The translations under genes were made by a program, and so were the position numbers. 28,135 nucleotides of DNA from Adineta steineri (Eukaryota): positions 52,577 through 80,711 of the forward strand of contig CAJNOE010000254.1 in assembly GCA_905250035.1 (NCBI GenBank). Direction: 5' to 3'. Below are positions 23,704 through 28,135 of the stretch, piece after piece. Position 1 is the first letter of the stretch, and every line of letters begins with the position of its first letter. The notes under the pieces are model-generated. The model did no database searches. It had not been told where the DNA came from and saw only the letters and a program-made list of their open reading frames with translations.

Positions 23704-25617
23704 ATGACTTGGGTAAGAGTTAATCTACAACTTATTTATTTATTTTCTTATAATGAAATTTTTTTAAATATATAGATATCCGTAGTTTGCTTACTCGCTT
23801 TGTCGAGCTCAGCTTTTGCTGGACCCGGTAAGTGTTCAATTAAATCTTTGTCTCCTAAACTTTTCATAATCATATATTTTTTTATAGCTTATGGCGGTTA
23901 TGGTGGATCATTTACACGATCAATCTTACCAACACCGTGAGTTTTCTATTCAAATAAGAATTTTCTTCTATTTTTTTTCTTACAATATATAGAATGATGC
24001 ATCGCGAAGCACCACAAGCTTATGGTGGTTATAGGTAAATATATTAATAAAAAACATTTCTTTTTTTAATTTATTATTTCTATTTTTAGTGCACCATCAG
24101 TACCACGAACATTACCAGTTCACAGCTACGGTCAAAGTTATGAATCTGCACCACGTTTTATTAAAGCTGAATTACCAGCACCAGTTCAAAGCTATGGTCA
24201 AAGTTATGACTCTGCACCACGTCTTCTTAAAGCTGATTTACCAGAACCAACTCAACAAGTTCAAATCATGACACCAGCTGGTAAAATTTTCGAATTATTT
24301 TTGTCATAAAAAACTAATATTGTTTAATATTTAAGATCTTCTCTGCCGTGGTCAAGTCGCCGAAACTGTTATTCCATTAGATGGTGGTCGCAAATTCGTT
24401 GTCTGTCTTGATGACAGCAAAGGTACAGAACAATTCTGTCCAAAAGGTCTTTTCTATCACACAACATCCCGACGATGTGAACGCCGTATGTCTATTAAAA
24501 ATATTTAATTCTTTTCTTCGGAAAAAAAATAATCTTTTTTTTTTCTATCTAGAATTGGGTGCCTTCGAAGACTTATGTATTTCACAACCATGTCTTAACG
24601 GTGGACAATGCATTCCAACTGACTCACACTACCAATGCCAATGTGATGCCGGTTTCGAAGGCAAAAACTGTGAATTAGATGCTCGTATCTGTCAAACTCA
24701 ACAACCATGCGGACAAGCTCCAGGTTCCCGATGTCAATCATTCCGTGTAGGTGCTGCTCTTCCATATATCTGTATCTTAGATGATGGTTCATCATATGGT
24801 CTTACATACACACAACGTACGTATTTATTAATTCAATCTAATACAACAAAACTAAAGTAATCCTATTTTTTTTCTCTCTATTACAGCAATTGGAAGCCCA
24901 TGTCGCGGTATTGATGGTCCATTCGCTTTAACAGTTACCAACAAAGGTTTCGCTATGTGCGATGGTGAACGTATGCATATTGATTCATGCCCAGGTGGTA
25001 CCGAATGGGATGATTCTATCAAAGCTTGCACATGGCCTGATCAAACAACAGAAGTAGAAGAAAAAACTTTAGTAGCTCCAACATACGGTGGATCATCATA
25101 CACTGAAAGTCGCCGATTCATTGCACCATCAGTCAAAACCTTATCTTATGGTTCATCATTTGAACCAAAAGTCTTAAGCGGATACGGTTCATCAATGGAA
25201 CCAAGAGCCTTCCACGGATACGCTTCAGTAATGCAACCAAAAGTCTTTCACGGATACGGTTCATCAATGCAACCAAAAGCCTTACACGGATACGGTTCAT
25301 CATTTGAACAAAAAGCCTTCCACGGATACGGTTCATCAATGGAACCAAAAGCCTTCCACGGATACGGTGCTCAAGAAAAAACAATTGTTGAACCAAAATT
25401 TATCACAGCTCCAGTTGCAGAATATGGTGCTCAAGAAAAAACAATTGTTGAACCAAAACTCATCACAGCTCCAGCTTCAGAATATGGTTCATCAATCTCA
25501 ATGGAACCAACAGAAGAAAAAATAATAATGGAACAACCAAAATTCATTCAATCATATGGTTCATCACTCCCAAAACTCATCGAAACACCAAAAACCTTAC
25601 CAACATCAGGTTATTAA
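23704..25617 (+). CDS. Secreted protein with chitin-binding type-2 (peritrophin-like) domains, an EGF-like domain and a Tyr/Gly/Ser/Pro-rich tandem-repeat tail
   Basis: Exon 1 is 9 nt (ATGACTTGG). Exon 2 (23776-23827) completes a signal peptide MTWISVVCLLALSSSAFAGP. Further exons give AYGGYGGSFTRSILPTPMMHREAPQAYGGYSAPSVPRTLPVHSYGQSYESAPRFIKAELPAPVQ..., CBM14-like LLCRGQVAETVIPLDGGRKFVVCLDDSKGTEQFCPKGLFYHTTSRRCE, EGF LCISQPCLNGGQCIPTDSHYQCQCDAGFEGKNCE, and second CBM14-like SPCRGIDGPFALTVTNKGFAMCDGERMHIDSCPGGTEWDDSIKACTWPDQ. Stop at 25615-25617. Confidence 0.85.
25147..25362 (+). repeat. Six tandem in-frame 36-bp units (YGSS[MF]EPKAFHG-type, 12 aa)
   Basis: Consensus TACGGTTCATCAATGGAACCAAAAGCCTTCCACGGA. 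Unit starts at 25147, 25183, 25219, 25255, 25291 and 25327. Confidence 0.95.
25363..25482 (+). repeat. Two tandem in-frame 60-bp units (YGAQEKTIVEPK[FL]ITAP[VA][AS]E, 20 aa)
   Basis: 25363-25422 and 25423-25482 are near-identical copies directly following the 36-bp array. Confidence 0.95.
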
Positions 25618-26799
25618 ATAAACAACAAAATCGAAACTGAGAGTTGAATCGATCAGTCAATGATTTTATTATATTTTTCCTGATGTGTGTTTCTTTTTAA
25701 CATCTTCGACATACTTTTCATTTTTTCTCTCTCTTACTCTTATTCCGACTTTAATGTAATATCGTTTCTCGTTTTCTCAGACTTATTGTCTACTTTGATT
25801 TTACGCAAATAAATTCCGATAAAAAACAAACCTTTATTCTTTATTTACTATAACTCTTATCAATAAGAATTCATATGAAATCGAGAAGAAAAAGATATTA
25901 TATACATACGTGATAAAGAATGTACTCTAGTGGACATAAGAAATTCAATCAAATAGTTTGGTTATCATTTTTTTTCGAAGAAGAAGAAGAAAAAAAGCGT
26001 TGGATGGGAGATTTTCAACAGAAATATTAACACATCATTATTTACTGCTAATAATATAAAGAAGAATTTTTACAGAAAGAAAAAAAGATTTATTACTATT
26101 CAAACATATTCGAGGGTTTGAGTGGGAGAGTGTCATTAATTATAGTCAATAAAACATTAGTTGTATATTATCCTTGAATATAATCACAACTAGTTTCTTT
26201 TTTACAATTGCTATAGTTCATTTTTAATGTAAAGATAAATACGACCACTTTGTTTTTGTAAATAAAAACTATTTTATATTTCGAATAATTAATAACAAAA
26301 TAAATTAATTATTATATATTCTGTTTCTTTTTACTAATTAGATTTAAGTACACTAAAAAAAAAGCAAATTAGATCAACGATTTCGTTTTTTTTATTATAT
26401 AAGCTTTGTAACTAATCAGTATATAAACTTAAATTATTGATCTATATTTTCCTATATATGTGATTAGTTTTCATTCAAATGGATAGTAATGACATCTATC
26501 TATCAATACAACCATTTTGTTATTTACTTATTATAAGAAGAAAAAAAAAGTAACTTTATAAATTATTTTGTTTATATTTTGTTTTCTGACCATACAAATG
26601 AATAATACAGAAATGTAATAATGAAATCTAGATGGATAATTTTCAAATGAATAAAATCTTATTTTTCTTCTTTAGCTTTCAATAATCATGCTTAGGGCGA
26701 GAACTATTTTTATTTCTATATAGTAGATCTCGTGTGTATTCATTATTTTTCTTAAAGATTTGATTTAATTTAATAGATAATATATAATTTCAACTGAGA

Positions 26800-28102
26800 A
26801 TGATGTTAACTCGATATGCATCGAACAATGCAGCTCTTCGATGTGTTACATATTCTTTACATATGCTCAAGCGGCCTCCATCTTCATCTTATCAAGCTAT
26901 GTCTTATGTTCATTCATTACAAAAACCAACAAATACTATTCCGATCTCATCAATAAATAATTCCATATTGGTAAATATTTTTTTTCAAAGACAAATCTTA
27001 TATTTTAAATATGAATATTTAGCATTTTGATTCTCGTCCATTTTCATTATCAGTATCTCGATTATCATCGATTGTTCAATTTAAATTAGCTGATATTGGT
27101 GAAGGTATACGTGAAGTTGAAGTTAAAGAATGGTTTGTAAAATAATTTTCTTTTTAAATTATAAATCAAATTTTTTAGGTATGTTAAAGTCGGTGATCAA
27201 GTTAAACAATTTGATAAAATTTGTGAAGTACAATCGGATAAAGCAAATGTAACGATAACATCACGATATGATGGAGCAATAGTTAAACTTCATTATAATG
27301 TCAATGCAACAGCTATAGTTGGTGAACCACTTGTTGATATTAGACTTCAACATGGTATTGAAGTACCAGCTGCAACTCAATGTAAATATTAAAAAATTAA
27401 AAAATTAAAGAAATATTTTTTGTTTCTTATTTTAGCTGCACCTGTTATTCCCGAAGAACCGGTGAAAACTGAAACATTGAATAAAATTTCATCACCAGAT
27501 ATTTTAGCTACGCCTGCTGTTAGACGAATGGCAAAAGATTTACAAGTAACAATATCGTGAAATTTGATGTTTGATTTTAATGATTAGTTTTTAAAACTAG
27601 ATTTCATTAAATGATGTTCAAGGTTCAGGAAAAGATGGAAGAATTTTGAAAGAAGATTTATTAAATCATAAATCTGCAGCATCAAAACCTCCTCCAACTG
27701 GTTTGTTGATTTACTTTTAGCAAAAACTAATATAATCAAATAATTTGTTTTTTCTTCTTTTAACAAGCTTCTCCACCATCACCAGCAACTGTTAAATCAG
27801 CTCCAACAATTAAACCTCGTCCAACAACAACAACAGTTGCTGATCGTAATGAACCAGTAAAAGGTATTAAAAAAGCAATGGTTAAAACCATGACTCAAGC
27901 AAATACGGTACCACATTTTACTTATTGTGATGAATATGATATGTCACAATTAGTTAAATTACGAAAACAATTAAAAAAACAAAATAAAGATATTAAAATA
28001 TCTTATTTACCATTTATAATTAAAGCATGTTCACAAGCTTTATTAAATCATCCAATTCTTAATGCACATGTCGATAGTAAATGTGAAAATATAACTTATA
28101 AA
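26800..28102 (+). CDS. DBT: Lipoamide acyltransferase E2 component of branched-chain alpha-keto acid dehydrogenase complex (5' part; continues past the window)
   Basis: Exons 26800-26970, 27023-27132, 27179-27381, 27436-27545, 27601-27700 and 27768 to about 28102. Product: lipoyl domain [75 protein letters not shown]3/E1-binding domain [37 protein letters not shown], catalytic start [44 protein letters not shown]...[17 protein letters not shown]. Matches animal DBT. Confidence 0.93.
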
Positions 28103-28135
28103 GTAAAATAAATCTAGATATGAAATAAATGCAAA

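Noticed and set aside
24595-25396. Antisense ORFs (24595-24795, 25133-25396) opposite the EGF/repeat gene
   Set aside because: They are shadows of the coding frame. The second simply translates the complement of the tandem repeats.
27546-27600. Apparent in-frame stop in DBT after LQVTIS
   Set aside because: Resolved by a GT-AG intron 27546-27600, which restores LQ|[23 protein letters not shown], matching DBT; not a pseudogene.
1-28135. Telomeric or transposon signatures (bdelloid-type TGTGGG arrays, reverse transcriptase or transposase motifs), tRNA/rRNA genes, CRISPR arrays
   Set aside because: Looked for these by eye on both strands and found no arrays, catalytic motifs or tRNA-like B-box plus stem structures I could support. 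A formal tRNAscan-SE/RepeatMasker run would be needed to exclude them.

Overview
This window looks like eukaryotic, AT-rich, compact animal DNA with short GT-AG introns (about 45-120 nt). A bdelloid rotifer is a plausible source, but that is inference. I reconstructed the genes by hand from the six-frame track plus splice sites. (1) 3-236 +: the 3' end of a probable right-handed beta-helix protein. (2) 1462-4578 +: an intronless 1038-aa self-sufficient cytochrome P450 fused to a P450 reductase (CYP102/CYP505 type), a horizontal-transfer candidate. (3) 6928-7496 -: a small two-exon acidic orphan, with a decayed related fragment at about 4933-4999. (4) 8217-9966 +: radial spoke protein 3 (RSPH3). 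(5) 10529-11525 +: PGAP2. (6) 13048-16642 -: a beta-arrestin. (7) 19014 to about 21780 -: a pentameric ligand-gated ion channel subunit that appears to lack both Cys-loop cysteines. (8) 23704-25617 +: a secreted chitin-binding/EGF protein with tandem repeats. (9) 26800 to about 28102 +: the 5' part of DBT, the branched-chain alpha-keto acid dehydrogenase E2 subunit. The strongest new observation is in the beta-arrestin gene. It has two tandem homologous 73-nt exons with identical phases, whose joint inclusion or joint skipping would break the frame. This predicts mutually exclusive splicing of the segment that contains the arrestin C-loop.
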